From Dehalococcoidia bacterium (lineage in GTDB: Bacteria > Chloroflexota > Dehalococcoidia > Lucifugimonadales > UBA3495), in the NCBI GenBank assembly GCA_030740155.1, contig JASLXV010000040.1, forward strand, positions 1 to 55,616: a DNA stretch of 55,616 nucleotides. The letters run 5' to 3'. Both the position numbers and the translations under genes were made by a program. Of the stretch, positions 9,461 through 18,869 are shown piece after piece (the first letter of the stretch is position 1; every line of letters starts with the position of its first letter). The notes beneath the pieces are model-generated. The model saw nothing but the letters and a program-made list of their open reading frames with translations, had not been told where the DNA came from and did not search any database.

Positions 9461-10765
9461 ATGGTTGATTTAAGGCCCTTCCGTGGCTGGAGATATGACC
9501 CGGACGTCGTTGGGGACCCGGCTTCGGTCCTCAGCCCGCCCTACGACATGGTAACTCCGGAGCTTCAAGATTCGCTGCGCCGGCGCAGCCCCTACAACGT
9601 GGTGCACCTGGAAGCGGGAGAAGGACTGGATTGGGCCTCCCCGGCCGAGGGCCAGTACTCGAGTGCCGCCGCCCTGTTCGAACAGTGGACCGGGCAGGGG
9701 GTGTTGCGGCGGGACCAGGAGCCGGGCTTTTACCTGCAAAGGCACCGGTTTCAGGACCAGGGGCGGCAACGGACCCGCCTGGGATTGACCGCCTGTGTCC
9801 GGCTGGAAGGGTACGAGAGCAGGCAGGTGCTGCCCCACGAGTACACCGAGGAGCTGCCGATTCAAGACCGTGTGTCGCTAATGGAAAAATGCGACGCCAA
9901 TTTCAGCCCCATCATGAGCCTGTACCGCGACACCGCGGCGGAGCTGGCCCCGGTGTTCCAGGAGGTCATGTCCGGCGCCCCGGTTCTGGACGCGCGGGAC
10001 GAGTCGGAGCAGGAGTTCGCGCTCTGGCGAATCGCCGGCCCCGAGATCAAGGCGTCCATCAGCCGGTTCTTCTCGGACCGGCCCGTGTTTCTCGCCGATG
10101 GGCACCACCGGTACGAGGCGGCCCTGAAGTTCGCGCAGCTGCACCGGGAGCGGGAAAAGGGCCCGGCCCAGCCCGGCGCGGCCTACAACTTCATCATGAT
10201 GACCCTGATCGGCTTCGACGATCCGGGCCTGTCGGTGCTGCCGTATCACCGCCTGGTCGGGGGACTTCCCCCGGACCGGTTGAAACAGGTCCAAGAAAGG
10301 CTCCACCGGACGTTCGAGTTCCAGCCCCTCGCTTTGGCCGGGGACCAGCGGGCCGATAGGCTGGCGGAAGAGGTGGCTCAGCACGGCCGCGACCGGCACG
10401 CAGTGGGACTGGTGGGGCCGGAGGCCGAAGGCCCGTTCCTCCTGACCTTGCGGGAGGGCGTCAACTGGACTCAGTGGGGGCCACAGGCCGTGTCTGAAGC
10501 CTGGATTCTGGAGGAGCATGTGCTGAGGCCGGTCCTTGGCGACGCCACCCTGGACCACCTGGGCTACATCCACGACCCCGCCGATGCGCTGGAGCAGGTC
10601 GCCTCCGGCGCCCGGCAGATGGCCTTCTTGCTCAAGCCGTTTCCGATGGACCAGTTCGAGGCGATCGTTGGCGAAGGCCACCGGCTGCCGCGGAAGTCCA
10701 CGTTCTTCTACCCTAAGTTACCAACGGGGCTGGTGATCAACCAGCTTCGGGGCACTTTGTTCTGA
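9461..10765 (+). CDS. DUF1015 family protein
   Basis: PFRG, SPPYD, VLPHE, LADGHHRYE and PRKSTFFYPK. ATG 9461 is the likely start. Confidence 0.92.
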   Translation: MVDLRPFRGWRYDPDVVGDPASVLSPPYDMVTPELQDSLRRRSPYNVVHLEAGEGLDWASPAEGQYSSAAALFEQWTGQGVLRRDQEPGFYLQRHRFQDQGRQRTRLGLTACVRLEGYESRQVLPHEYTEELPIQDRVSLMEKCDANFSPIMSLYRDTAAELAPVFQEVMSGAPVLDARDESEQEFALWRIAGPEIKASISRFFSDRPVFLADGHHRYEAALKFAQLHREREKGPAQPGAAYNFIMMTLIGFDDPGLSVLPYHRLVGGLPPDRLKQVQERLHRTFEFQPLALAGDQRADRLAEEVAQHGRDRHAVGLVGPEAEGPFLLTLREGVNWTQWGPQAVSEAWILEEHVLRPVLGDATLDHLGYIHDPADALEQVASGARQMAFLLKPFPMDQFEAIVGEGHRLPRKSTFFYPKLPTGLVINQLRGTLF

Positions 10766-10826
10766 GTTCCGCTTGGAGGACCTTTTTGCAAGAACCCGGA
10801 TTCAGGGACAGCGAAGGGGCCTCAGC

Positions 10827-11939
10827 CTAGCGGGCGCTGAAACCGACCTTGGGCAGCACCACCTTGAGGGCCTTCAGCACCTCTTCGATATCCTCGCGAG
10901 ATACGGACCCCAGGTGCCCGATGCGGAAGATGTGCCCGGTGAGTTTACCCTGCCCGCCGGCCAACACGACATTTTCCTCGGTTCGCATCATGCCCATGAA
11001 TTTGGAGCTGTCCACGCTCTCGGGAATCTTGATGGCGGTAACCGTGTTGGAGGCGTAGGCTTCGTCCCGGGCCAGTAGCTCCAGCCCCAGGTCCTTGACC
11101 CCGTCCCGGGTGAACTGGCCGATGTCAGCGTGGCGCTGGAACACGTTTTCCATCCCCTCGGCCAGCAGCTTATCCAGGGCGAGGGACAGGCCATACAGGG
11201 TGGACAGGTTGGGGGTCCACGGTGTCTGGCCCCTTTCCAGGTAGCTCTGGGCCGCCTTGAGGTCGAAGTAAAACCGGGGCATGGCGGCCGTCTCCTGGGC
11301 CTTCCAGCCGGCAGCGCTGACGCTGATGAAGGACAAGCCCGGCGGGATCATGAATCCCTTCTGAGACGCGGTCCCGACCATGTCGCAGTTCCAGCCATCC
11401 ACCAGCACGGGAACGCAGCCCAGACTGCTGACTGCATCCACCAGCAGCAGCTTATCGAACTCGCCTTTGACCACCTGGGCTATGGCGTCCAGCGGGTGGG
11501 TTACCCCGGTGGAGGTCTCGTTGTGGGTTATGATCACGGCCTTGATGTCCGGGCTGGCGCGCAAAGCCTGGCGGACTGAGTCCGGGTCGACGGCGGCGCC
11601 CCATTCAAAATCCAGGTGCTGCACCTCGGCTCCGTAGGCCCGGGCTAGATCGGTGTAACGGTTTCCGAAGGCCCCGGCGGTGGCTGAGAGCACCTTGTCA
11701 CCCGGGGAGAGGGTGTTGACGATCGAGGCCTCCAACGCCCCGGTCCCCGACGCGGTCAGAATGTACAGGTCGTTCTTGGTCAGGAACACCTGCTTGAGCT
11801 GCTCCGTGGCCCGGGTGATCAGGTCCAAGAACTCGGGGCCTCGGTGGTTGATCATGGGATTGGTCATCGCTTCCATTATGTCGTCCGGCACGGGTGTGGG
11901 TCCTGGGGTCCTGAGGTTTTGCCTGGAAAGTCTTAGCAT
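10827..11939 (-). CDS. Class V PLP aminotransferase (alanine-glyoxylate / serine-pyruvate / phosphoserine aminotransferase-like)
   Basis: [31 protein letters not shown] and FRIGHLG. Confidence 0.92.
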   Translation of the reverse strand: MLRLSRQNLRTPGPTPVPDDIMEAMTNPMINHRGPEFLDLITRATEQLKQVFLTKNDLYILTASGTGALEASIVNTLSPGDKVLSATAGAFGNRYTDLARAYGAEVQHLDFEWGAAVDPDSVRQALRASPDIKAVIITHNETSTGVTHPLDAIAQVVKGEFDKLLLVDAVSSLGCVPVLVDGWNCDMVGTASQKGFMIPPGLSFISVSAAGWKAQETAAMPRFYFDLKAAQSYLERGQTPWTPNLSTLYGLSLALDKLLAEGMENVFQRHADIGQFTRDGVKDLGLELLARDEAYASNTVTAIKIPESVDSSKFMGMMRTEENVVLAGGQGKLTGHIFRIGHLGSVSREDIEEVLKALKVVLPKVGFSAR

Positions 11940-12114
11940 GCCTTCTCCGCTCCTCCGCTGATGCCATTCCCTGCCACTTGTTCAATTGGCCCATGGGGTC
12001 CAGTGAGATACTTCCCAGTCTGCCCGCCGCCATTTTGAACCTAAGCCGGTCCTGGGGGGACCCGGTCCGGTTCTGGCCAAGGGAAGGGGTTCGCCACCGG
12101 TACCAGGCAAGAAA

Positions 12115-12123
12115 ATTATAGCA
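12115..12123 (-). promoter_or_regulatory. Extended -10 promoter (TGCTATAAT) upstream of the aminotransferase
   Basis: Perfect TGnTATAAT on the minus strand about 175 nt upstream of the start codon. Confidence 0.6.
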
Positions 12124-12154
12124 TCTGGCCCTACTGCCCGCCATGGAGAGAACC

Positions 12155-12224
12155 GCCCTCACCCAGCCTCAGACTGCTTCAGAGGCATCCCTCTCCCATT
12201 GGGAGAGGGAACGAGGGTGAGGGC
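12155..12224. repeat. Palindromic repeat (CCCTCACCC...CCCTCTCCC..GGGAGAGGG...GGGTGAGGG)
   Basis: Nested inverted repeats between divergent genes. Confidence 0.75.
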
Positions 12225-12328
12225 GTAGGCTGCGCTGAAATGCGCGGCCTCGCCGGCGCCGAGGGTCGCTATCATCCGGCAAGGATGGTATGGGACGGAT
12301 AGCATGGGGATGTTATAATGTGCCCGCT

Positions 12329-13012
12329 ATGGCCGATGCAGAGTTTTTGACCACAGTTCCCATCTTCTCAAACCTGAATCCGGAACAGCTTCTGCCCCTG
12401 ATCGGCAAATTGCACCGGCGCCGCTACCAGCGGGGCGAGGTCATCTTCCATCAGGACGACCCGGCAGACCGGTTACACATAATTGTCCAAGGCAAGGTGC
12501 GGATATCAATCGCCTCCGAAGACGGCCGGGAGAAGGACATCGCACTGCTTCAGCAGGGAGAGTGCTTCGGCGAAATGGCGCTGCTGGACGGGTCGCCGCG
12601 CTCGGCGACGGCCTCGGCGATGGAGGCCTTGGAGACCCTGACTCTATTCCGGGAAGACTTCCTGGAGTTCCTCGACAAGCACCCTGAGGTGGCCGTGGAT
12701 ACCACCGGCTTGCTGACCCGCCGGCTGCGCAGCGTGAACCAGATGCTGGGTGACCTCGCTTTCCTGGACGTGCCCACCCGGGTCGCCAAACAGCTTCTGG
12801 AGATGGCGGAGACCTCCGCCGGTGACGCCGAGTGGCAGGGTCCCATCGAGTTGACCCTGGGCCAGGAAGAGCTGGCCCGGCTGGTTGGGGCCAGCCGGGA
12901 GACCGTCAGCCGGGTGCTCAACGGCTACCGCCGCCAGGGCATCCTGCTAACCTCCCATCGCCGCATCACCATCAAAGACCGGCCTGCCCTGGAGCGGATG
13001 GCGTACGTCTAG
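12329..13012 (+). CDS. Crp/Fnr family transcriptional regulator
   Basis: cNMP-binding FGEMALLDGSPRSATA and HTH QEELARLVGASRETVSR. TGTTATAAT at 12311-12319 precedes ATG 12329. Confidence 0.95.
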   Translation: MADAEFLTTVPIFSNLNPEQLLPLIGKLHRRRYQRGEVIFHQDDPADRLHIIVQGKVRISIASEDGREKDIALLQQGECFGEMALLDGSPRSATASAMEALETLTLFREDFLEFLDKHPEVAVDTTGLLTRRLRSVNQMLGDLAFLDVPTRVAKQLLEMAETSAGDAEWQGPIELTLGQEELARLVGASRETVSRVLNGYRRQGILLTSHRRITIKDRPALERMAYV

Positions 13013-13065
13013 GAGGATGGCCCGCTGGCCCGGAAAGTCTCGATAAGAAGAACAGGAGGCCACCA

Positions 13066-13674
13066 ATGACTCTCTCCATCGACAGAGAACATACAGCACT
13101 GCTGGCCATGGATTTCGAGAACGACATCGTACACGAGAACGGGGCCTTCAAGGATTTAGGCTTCGCCCAGATGGTGAAGCAGAACGACGTGCTGGGCAAG
13201 ACCGCCCGGTTGCTAGACGCCGCCCGCGGAGCCGGCGTGAAGGTGATCTACGCCTCGGTAAAGTTCCGCTCGGGCTACCCGGAGAGACCCCAGAACGCGG
13301 GTATGTTCCAGGCGGTGGTCGGGGCCAACGCCCTGGTGGAGGGCACCTGGGGCTCGACGATTCATGAGGCGGTAACTCCCAAAGAGGGTGAGCCGGTGGT
13401 GAGCAAGCGGGGCATTAGCGCCTTTACTGGTTCGGACCTTGCCGCCTTGCTGACCACCGGGGGCATCACCACCCTGCTGCTCACCGGGGTGGCCACCAAC
13501 TTCGTGGTGGAGGGTACCGCCCGGGAGGCGGTGGACCGGGGCTACAACGTGGTGATCGTCGGGGATTGCTGCGCCTCGGCATCCCAGGAGGTCCACGATT
13601 CGGCCTTGACCTCGACGCTTCCGTTTCTGACCACCATTTCCAACTCGGAAGAGGTGTTGGCGGCCCTGAACTAG
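13066..13674 (+). CDS. Isochorismatase-family (cysteine hydrolase fold) protein
   Basis: ALLAMDFEND, KRGISAF and GVATNFVVEGTAREAVDRGY; AGGAGG before ATG 13066. Confidence 0.9.
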   Translation: MTLSIDREHTALLAMDFENDIVHENGAFKDLGFAQMVKQNDVLGKTARLLDAARGAGVKVIYASVKFRSGYPERPQNAGMFQAVVGANALVEGTWGSTIHEAVTPKEGEPVVSKRGISAFTGSDLAALLTTGGITTLLLTGVATNFVVEGTAREAVDRGYNVVIVGDCCASASQEVHDSALTSTLPFLTTISNSEEVLAALN

Positions 13675-13721
13675 CCGCTCCAAAGGGCGGCGCGTGGCCC
13701 GCCCCATGCTATAATTTCGCC

Positions 13722-15944
13722 ATGACTACAGGCACCGATCTCCTCGATGGACTGAACCCCGCCCAGAAAGAAGCCGTCCAGACCACCGAAGGCCCCCTGC
13801 TGATCGTGGCCGGGCCGGGCAGCGGCAAAACCCGGGTAATCACCCACCGCATCGCTTACCTGGTGCGGGTCTGCGGTGTCAGCCCCTACCGTATCGCGGC
13901 GGTAACCTTCACCAACAAAGCGGCCCGGGCGATGAAGGACCGCCTGCATCGATTGGTGGGCCCCGGCGGTGACGGGCTCAGCGTGGGCACCTTTCACGCA
14001 TTTTGCGCCCAAATGCTCCGCCGGGACGGCGCCTACTTGGGCATCTCGCCCAGTTACAGCATCTACGACGCCGAAGATCAGCTTTCGGTTATCAAGCAGT
14101 CGATGGAACTGGCCGAACTCGACCCCAAAAGGTATCCTCCTCAGGCGGTCCGGAGCGTCATCTCCCGGGCCAAGAGTATCCTCCTTGACTCCCAAGGACT
14201 CGCCCGGCGTAGCCAAGACTACTTCGAGGAGTGTTGCGCCCGGGTCTACCATTACTACGAAGAGCTACTGACCCGGAACAACGGCCTCGACTTCGACGAC
14301 CTGCTCATGCGGGCGGTCCAGTTGCTCCAAAACCACCAGGAGGTGCGGGAAAACTACCAGCGCCGTTACCTCCACCTGATGGTGGACGAGTTCCAGGACA
14401 CCAACGTGGCCCAATACCAGCTGGCCCGGCTGCTGGCTGGTGAGCATCGGAACATCTGCGTGGTGGGCGATCCCGACCAGTCCATCTACTCCTGGCGCAG
14501 CGCCGACATCCGCAACATCCTCAGCTTTCAGCAGGACTACCCCGACGCCATCACCATCGCCCTGGAGCAGAACTACCGCTCGACTAGCACCATTCTGGAC
14601 GCGGCCAAGCACTTGATCTCGGCCAACGGGATGCGGCTGCATAAAGACCTGTTCACCGATAATCAGCAAGGGGTGCCGGTGGACGTGCAGGAGGCCTACG
14701 ACGAGAACGAAGAGGCCTCCCGGGTCGTCGGCGAGGTGATCCGCCTGGTCCGCGAAGAGAAGTTTCAGCCTGGCGACTGCGCGGTCATGTACCGGGTCAA
14801 TGCCCAGTCCCGCGCCCTTGAGGAGGCCTGTCTCCAGCGGGGGATGAAGTACCGGCTGGTGGGCGGCGTCCGTTTCTACCACCGGCGTGAGGTCAAGGAC
14901 CTGATAACCTACCTTCGCGTGCTCTACAACCCCGCGGATGAGGTCAGCCTGGCCCGGGTGACCGGGGTGCCGCCTCGCGGCATCGGCGCCAAGACGCTGC
15001 AGACCCTGTCCCACTGGTCGCAGCGGGAAGGCATCTCCCTGTTCGCCGCCATGCAGAGGGTTGCCGCACCCCGGCCGGCGGGGGAGCCGCCCCCCGTCTC
15101 CATGACGCCTCGGGCCGTCAACGCCATCACCGGCTTCGTCACCTTGATCGAAGGCCTGGTAACCCAGACCACTAAACTCCCGATAGTGGACCTCATCGAC
15201 CGGGTCCTGGAGGATAGCGGTCTGCGCCGGTTCATCCAGAACGGCGAAGACCGGTCCGACGAGCGCTGGGAGAACATCCAGGAGTTTCGAAGGACCGCCC
15301 AGGAACTCAACGCCGAAACACCACCCGACGGCCTGGGCAGCCTCCTGGAGCGGGTCTCCCTCGTAGCCGACGTGGACAGCTATGAAGAATCCGAAGAATC
15401 GATGACGCTGATTACCCTGCATCAGGCCAAAGGGCTGGAGTTCCCGGTGGTGTTCATCGTCGGGATGGAGGAAGGGCTTCTGCCCCACAGCCGGTCGATG
15501 GACAACGAGCAGCAGCTTGAGGAGGAGCGCCGCCTGTGCTACGTGGGCATCACCCGCGCCGAGCGTCGCCTCTACCTGCTGCGAGCTTTCCGCCGGGGAT
15601 TCATGGGCGGCAGGCCCACCATCGCTTCCCGGTTCCTGCGCGACATTCCCGAGTACCTGCTGGCCGCAGGCCGGGCGCCGGCCGCCCCCGCCTCGACCCC
15701 GGCGCCGAGACGGTCTGCCTGGAGTGATTGGGGATCGGAATCCGCCGCTCCGCCCGCCACCGCACCGGCTCGGCTCAGGCTTCAGGTCGGCGATCTGGTC
15801 CGCCATACCGCCTTCGGCGAAGGGGTGGTTATGGGCTGTGACCTGGTGGCGGGTGACTACGAAATCACCGTGGAGTTCAGCGACGGCGTCGGCGTGAAAC
15901 GGCTACTGCTCAGCTTTGCCCCCCTGGAAAAGATTGAGGGGTAG
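13722..15944 (+). CDS. pcrA: PcrA/UvrD DNA helicase
   Basis: AGPGSGKT, DEFQDTN, VGDPDQSIY, TLHQAKGLEF, EEERRLCYVGITRA and a C-terminal Tudor-like domain. Confidence 0.96.
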   Translation: MTTGTDLLDGLNPAQKEAVQTTEGPLLIVAGPGSGKTRVITHRIAYLVRVCGVSPYRIAAVTFTNKAARAMKDRLHRLVGPGGDGLSVGTFHAFCAQMLRRDGAYLGISPSYSIYDAEDQLSVIKQSMELAELDPKRYPPQAVRSVISRAKSILLDSQGLARRSQDYFEECCARVYHYYEELLTRNNGLDFDDLLMRAVQLLQNHQEVRENYQRRYLHLMVDEFQDTNVAQYQLARLLAGEHRNICVVGDPDQSIYSWRSADIRNILSFQQDYPDAITIALEQNYRSTSTILDAAKHLISANGMRLHKDLFTDNQQGVPVDVQEAYDENEEASRVVGEVIRLVREEKFQPGDCAVMYRVNAQSRALEEACLQRGMKYRLVGGVRFYHRREVKDLITYLRVLYNPADEVSLARVTGVPPRGIGAKTLQTLSHWSQREGISLFAAMQRVAAPRPAGEPPPVSMTPRAVNAITGFVTLIEGLVTQTTKLPIVDLIDRVLEDSGLRRFIQNGEDRSDERWENIQEFRRTAQELNAETPPDGLGSLLERVSLVADVDSYEESEESMTLITLHQAKGLEFPVVFIVGMEEGLLPHSRSMDNEQQLEEERRLCYVGITRAERRLYLLRAFRRGFMGGRPTIASRFLRDIPEYLLAAGRAPAAPASTPAPRRSAWSDWGSESAAPPATAPARLRLQVGDLVRHTAFGEGVVMGCDLVAGDYEITVEFSDGVGVKRLLLSFAPLEKIEG

Positions 15945-16053
15945 CGTGCCAGCTATCGGCGGTCGCTCACACCCCATGGGTGGCCACCCCTCCATTGACA
16001 GAAACCGCCCTGGGCGAGATGATGGCCCCGATTTCCATGTAGGAGGCACTATT

Positions 16054-17148
16054 GTGAAGGCTGCTGTCCTCTACGAGGCAGGTCAACCCCTGGTGATCGA
16101 AGATGTGGAACTGGAAGACCCCAAGGCAGGGGAGGTGATGGTCAAGATCGGGGCGGCGGGCATCTGCCGCAGCGACCGCCACTTCATGCACGGCGACGCC
16201 AAGATCCCGTTGCCGGTGGTGTTGGGCCATGAAGGAGCCGGCACGGTGGAAAAGGTGGGGCCGGGGGTCACCTCGCTCACGCCGGGCCAGCAGGTAATCC
16301 TTTCTTTCGTCCCTGCCTGTGGACGGTGCAAGTCCTGCCGGGAGGGCAACGCCAACCTCTGCGACACCCACATGGCCACCGGCGCCTTTATGTATGATGG
16401 CACCTGCCGTCTGCACAAGGGAGGACAGGACATCCACCATATGGGCAAGGTCGCCTGCTTCGCCGAATACGCGGTGCTTCCCGAGACCGGCTGCGTTCCG
16501 ATGTCCGCTACGATTCCCATGGACATCGCCGCGATGATCGGTTGCTGCGTCCCCACCGGGGTCGGCGCCGTCCTGTACTCCGCCGACGTCAAGCCCGGCA
16601 GCACCGTGGCGGTGGTGGGCTGCGGCGGAGTTGGCCTCAACGTAATCATGGGGGCGAAGCTGGTCAACGCCGCCAAGATCATCGCCGTGGACATTCGGGA
16701 GAGCCAGCTTGAGTTCGCCATGAAGTTCGGGGCCACCCACTCGGTGAACGCCTCCGACCGGGACCCGGTGGCCCAGGTGAAGGAGATTACCGGCGGGAAG
16801 GGCGCCGACTACACCTTTGAGGTCTTCGGCTCCGCCGACACCACCAAGGCCGCCTATGACATGTGCGGCAAGCGGGGCACCGTGACGGTGGTGGGTCTCG
16901 CCCCCGCGGGCGCCGAGGCCCCTATCAACGCCGTGGACCTGGTGCGTATGGAAAAGACGCTGCGGGGCACCTATTACGGCTCCGCCCGCTCCCAGGTAGA
17001 CATGCCCAAGATGGTGGAACTGTACCTCTCCGGCAGGCTGCCCCTAGACGATCTGGTCGTCCGTCACTACACCCTGGACCAGATCAACCAGGCCTATGGC
17101 GACATGGACCAAGGTGAGGTGGGCCGGGGCGCGATAATGTTTTCTTAG
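16054..17148 (+). CDS. Zn-dependent alcohol dehydrogenase (class III-like MDR)
   Basis: GICRSD, GHEGAG, CGRCKSC..C and GCGGVG; GTG start after AGGAGG. Confidence 0.95.
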   Translation: MKAAVLYEAGQPLVIEDVELEDPKAGEVMVKIGAAGICRSDRHFMHGDAKIPLPVVLGHEGAGTVEKVGPGVTSLTPGQQVILSFVPACGRCKSCREGNANLCDTHMATGAFMYDGTCRLHKGGQDIHHMGKVACFAEYAVLPETGCVPMSATIPMDIAAMIGCCVPTGVGAVLYSADVKPGSTVAVVGCGGVGLNVIMGAKLVNAAKIIAVDIRESQLEFAMKFGATHSVNASDRDPVAQVKEITGGKGADYTFEVFGSADTTKAAYDMCGKRGTVTVVGLAPAGAEAPINAVDLVRMEKTLRGTYYGSARSQVDMPKMVELYLSGRLPLDDLVVRHYTLDQINQAYGDMDQGEVGRGAIMFS

Positions 17149-17202
17149 CCCTCAGCTTTCAGCTGTCAGCTTTTTTGTAGCCGTCCCAGAGGAGATAGAG
17201 AT

Positions 17203-17706
17203 ATGGAAACTGAGTTTGTCGTGGCGAGGCTGCTGCGCATTGTATTCGGCGGGTTCTGGGCGGGGTCCGCGATGTTCATGGCTGTGATTCTGGAGCCTCG
17301 GCTCCGGGCCTTGGGGCCCGCGATTCAAGGACCAGTCATGGCGGCCCTGACCCCGGTTCTAATTCCGGTGATGCTAATCAGCGCCACCATCACATTGGTT
17401 AGCGGCGGGTACCTAACGGAAAAGCTTTGGGTGGACACGGACTACTTCTTCGATAGTGGCTGGGGCCGGGCCATGTTAATCGGCATAATCGCGACGGTAT
17501 TGGCGTATGCCTCAGGGGTCACAACGTCGTTCCAGAGTAAGAAGATGCTCCGCATGGGCGCCGCCATTCAGGGCCGGCCTCCAGCTCCCGAAGAGATAGC
17601 TGCTTTGACCAAACAGGGTGCGCTTCTCAGGCTTCTGGGGCGCACCACCGCCGTTCTCACTCTCATCGCGGTGGGGACCATGGCCTCCGCCCGGTTTCTG
17701 CACTGA
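17203..17706 (+). CDS. Four-TM integral membrane protein of unknown function
   Basis: Four hydrophobic segments; GAGGAG RBS. Confidence 0.8.
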   Translation: METEFVVARLLRIVFGGFWAGSAMFMAVILEPRLRALGPAIQGPVMAALTPVLIPVMLISATITLVSGGYLTEKLWVDTDYFFDSGWGRAMLIGIIATVLAYASGVTTSFQSKKMLRMGAAIQGRPPAPEEIAALTKQGALLRLLGRTTAVLTLIAVGTMASARFLH

Positions 17707-17844
17707 GCGAGTATTCAAGCCCGCAGAGGGCGCGGAGCCGCGACCGGCTCTGAACCGATTTCCCGATGTTCTCCGCGATCGCTGATACCAGGTTTGGGGC
17801 TCTGGCCACGGAACGGTTATGGACCCATGATAAGCGCGGGCTGC

Positions 17845-17938
17845 CGCCGGATCCCAGAGGCACAACAATAACCGGTCCGCCGGAGGCGGACCACCACTCG
17901 CCCCACTTTTGTTTCCTGGGGAGGGGCCCTTGAGGGCT
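17845..17938 (+). ncRNA. Candidate structured RNA/leader motif, copy B (similar to 2443..2550 minus)
   Basis: CCCAG/CUGGG outer stem, AAUAACCGG, GGUCCGCC-GGA-GGCGGACC hairpin and a GCCCU-UG-AGGGC terminal hairpin. Confidence 0.35.
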
Positions 17939-18002
17939 AGTTCGCGCCACGGGTAATCACGGGCTGCCGGAACAAGAAGGACGATTAACGTCAGGGAGTG
18001 AG

Positions 18003-18437
18003 TTGGAAGAGCTTGTAATCAAACTGGCGGAAAGAGAAGAGGACCTGGCGGCGGCCATCGCGCTGCGTTTCCGGGTCTTCGTGGGCGAGCAGGCGATAGC
18101 GCCCGAGGAAGAGCTTGACGAGGCTGACGCCACCGCCACCCACGCGGTGGCCCTGCATCACGGGCAGGTGGTTGGCACCGGGCGATTCGTCGGCGTGGAT
18201 ACCACCACGGTCAGGATTGGCCGCATGGCGGTGGATGCGGCATGGCGTCGCCAGGGGATCGGCGGGCGCATTCTGGAGTTCCTGGAAGGGACCGCCCGGG
18301 CCCAGGGCGCGCACCTCGGCGTACTCCACGCCCAAGAGTACGTAAAAGAGTTCTACGCGGGCCGCGGCTACCGGGAGCACGGCGAGACCTTCCTGGAGGT
18401 CAACATCCCCCACGTGGAGATGCGGAAAACGTTGTAG
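18003..18437 (+). CDS. GNAT acetyltransferase (ElaA/YjcF-like)
   Basis: LRFRVFVGEQ, IGRMAV..RRQGIG, LHAQ..FY and IPHVEM. Confidence 0.92.
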   Translation: MEELVIKLAEREEDLAAAIALRFRVFVGEQAIAPEEELDEADATATHAVALHHGQVVGTGRFVGVDTTTVRIGRMAVDAAWRRQGIGGRILEFLEGTARAQGAHLGVLHAQEYVKEFYAGRGYREHGETFLEVNIPHVEMRKTL

Positions 18438-18449
18438 CGAAGAACGACT

Positions 18450-18505
18450 AACCGCGGAGACGCGGAGGCCATAGTGTTCTCTATCTCTCCGCGCCTCAGC
18501 GGTGA
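18450..18505. repeat. Palindrome ACCGCGGAGACGCGGAG...CTCCGCGCCTCAGCGGT between convergent genes
   Basis: Imperfect inverted repeat; could act as a bidirectional terminator. Confidence 0.6.
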
Positions 18506-18519
18506 TTCACCCGCCCGGC

Positions 18520-18819
18520 TCAGCTCGCCGGTACCGCCTCGACTACCCGTACCTCGATCTTGGCGATGTGGGTCTGGGGCAGGTCGCCAATGGCTTTGCG
18601 CTCGGCCGAGGCGAAGTAGGCGGCCTCTTTTTCCGGTATCTCTTCGGCGCTGTTGAAGCGGCGCGTCCAGATGAACTCGGTCCGCGCGGCGTTGACCCAG
18701 GTGTGTTCCACCGGTATCCCGAGATTGGCGTGCAGGGGCCGGAGCTTCTCCTCGAACACCTTGAGCCAGGAGTCCATCATTCCCCGGTTGATCGTGTAGA
18801 TGCGCAACTGAGAGACCAT
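18520..18819 (-). CDS. NIPSNAP-family protein
   Basis: QLRIYTINRG...W...F pattern; 99 aa; GGAGG RBS. Confidence 0.8.
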   Translation of the reverse strand: MVSQLRIYTINRGMMDSWLKVFEEKLRPLHANLGIPVEHTWVNAARTEFIWTRRFNSAEEIPEKEAAYFASAERKAIGDLPQTHIAKIEVRVVEAVPAS

Positions 18820-18869
18820 GTGGAGCCACCTCCGTACTAGAATGAGCTGTCAGCAATCAGCTGACAGCT

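Noticed and set aside
12005..12105. ZMP/ZTP riboswitch suggested by TGGCGAAC and CTGGG
   Set aside because: Lacks the P2 stem and the CGCC loop needed for the pseudoknot; kept only as an unassigned structured leader.
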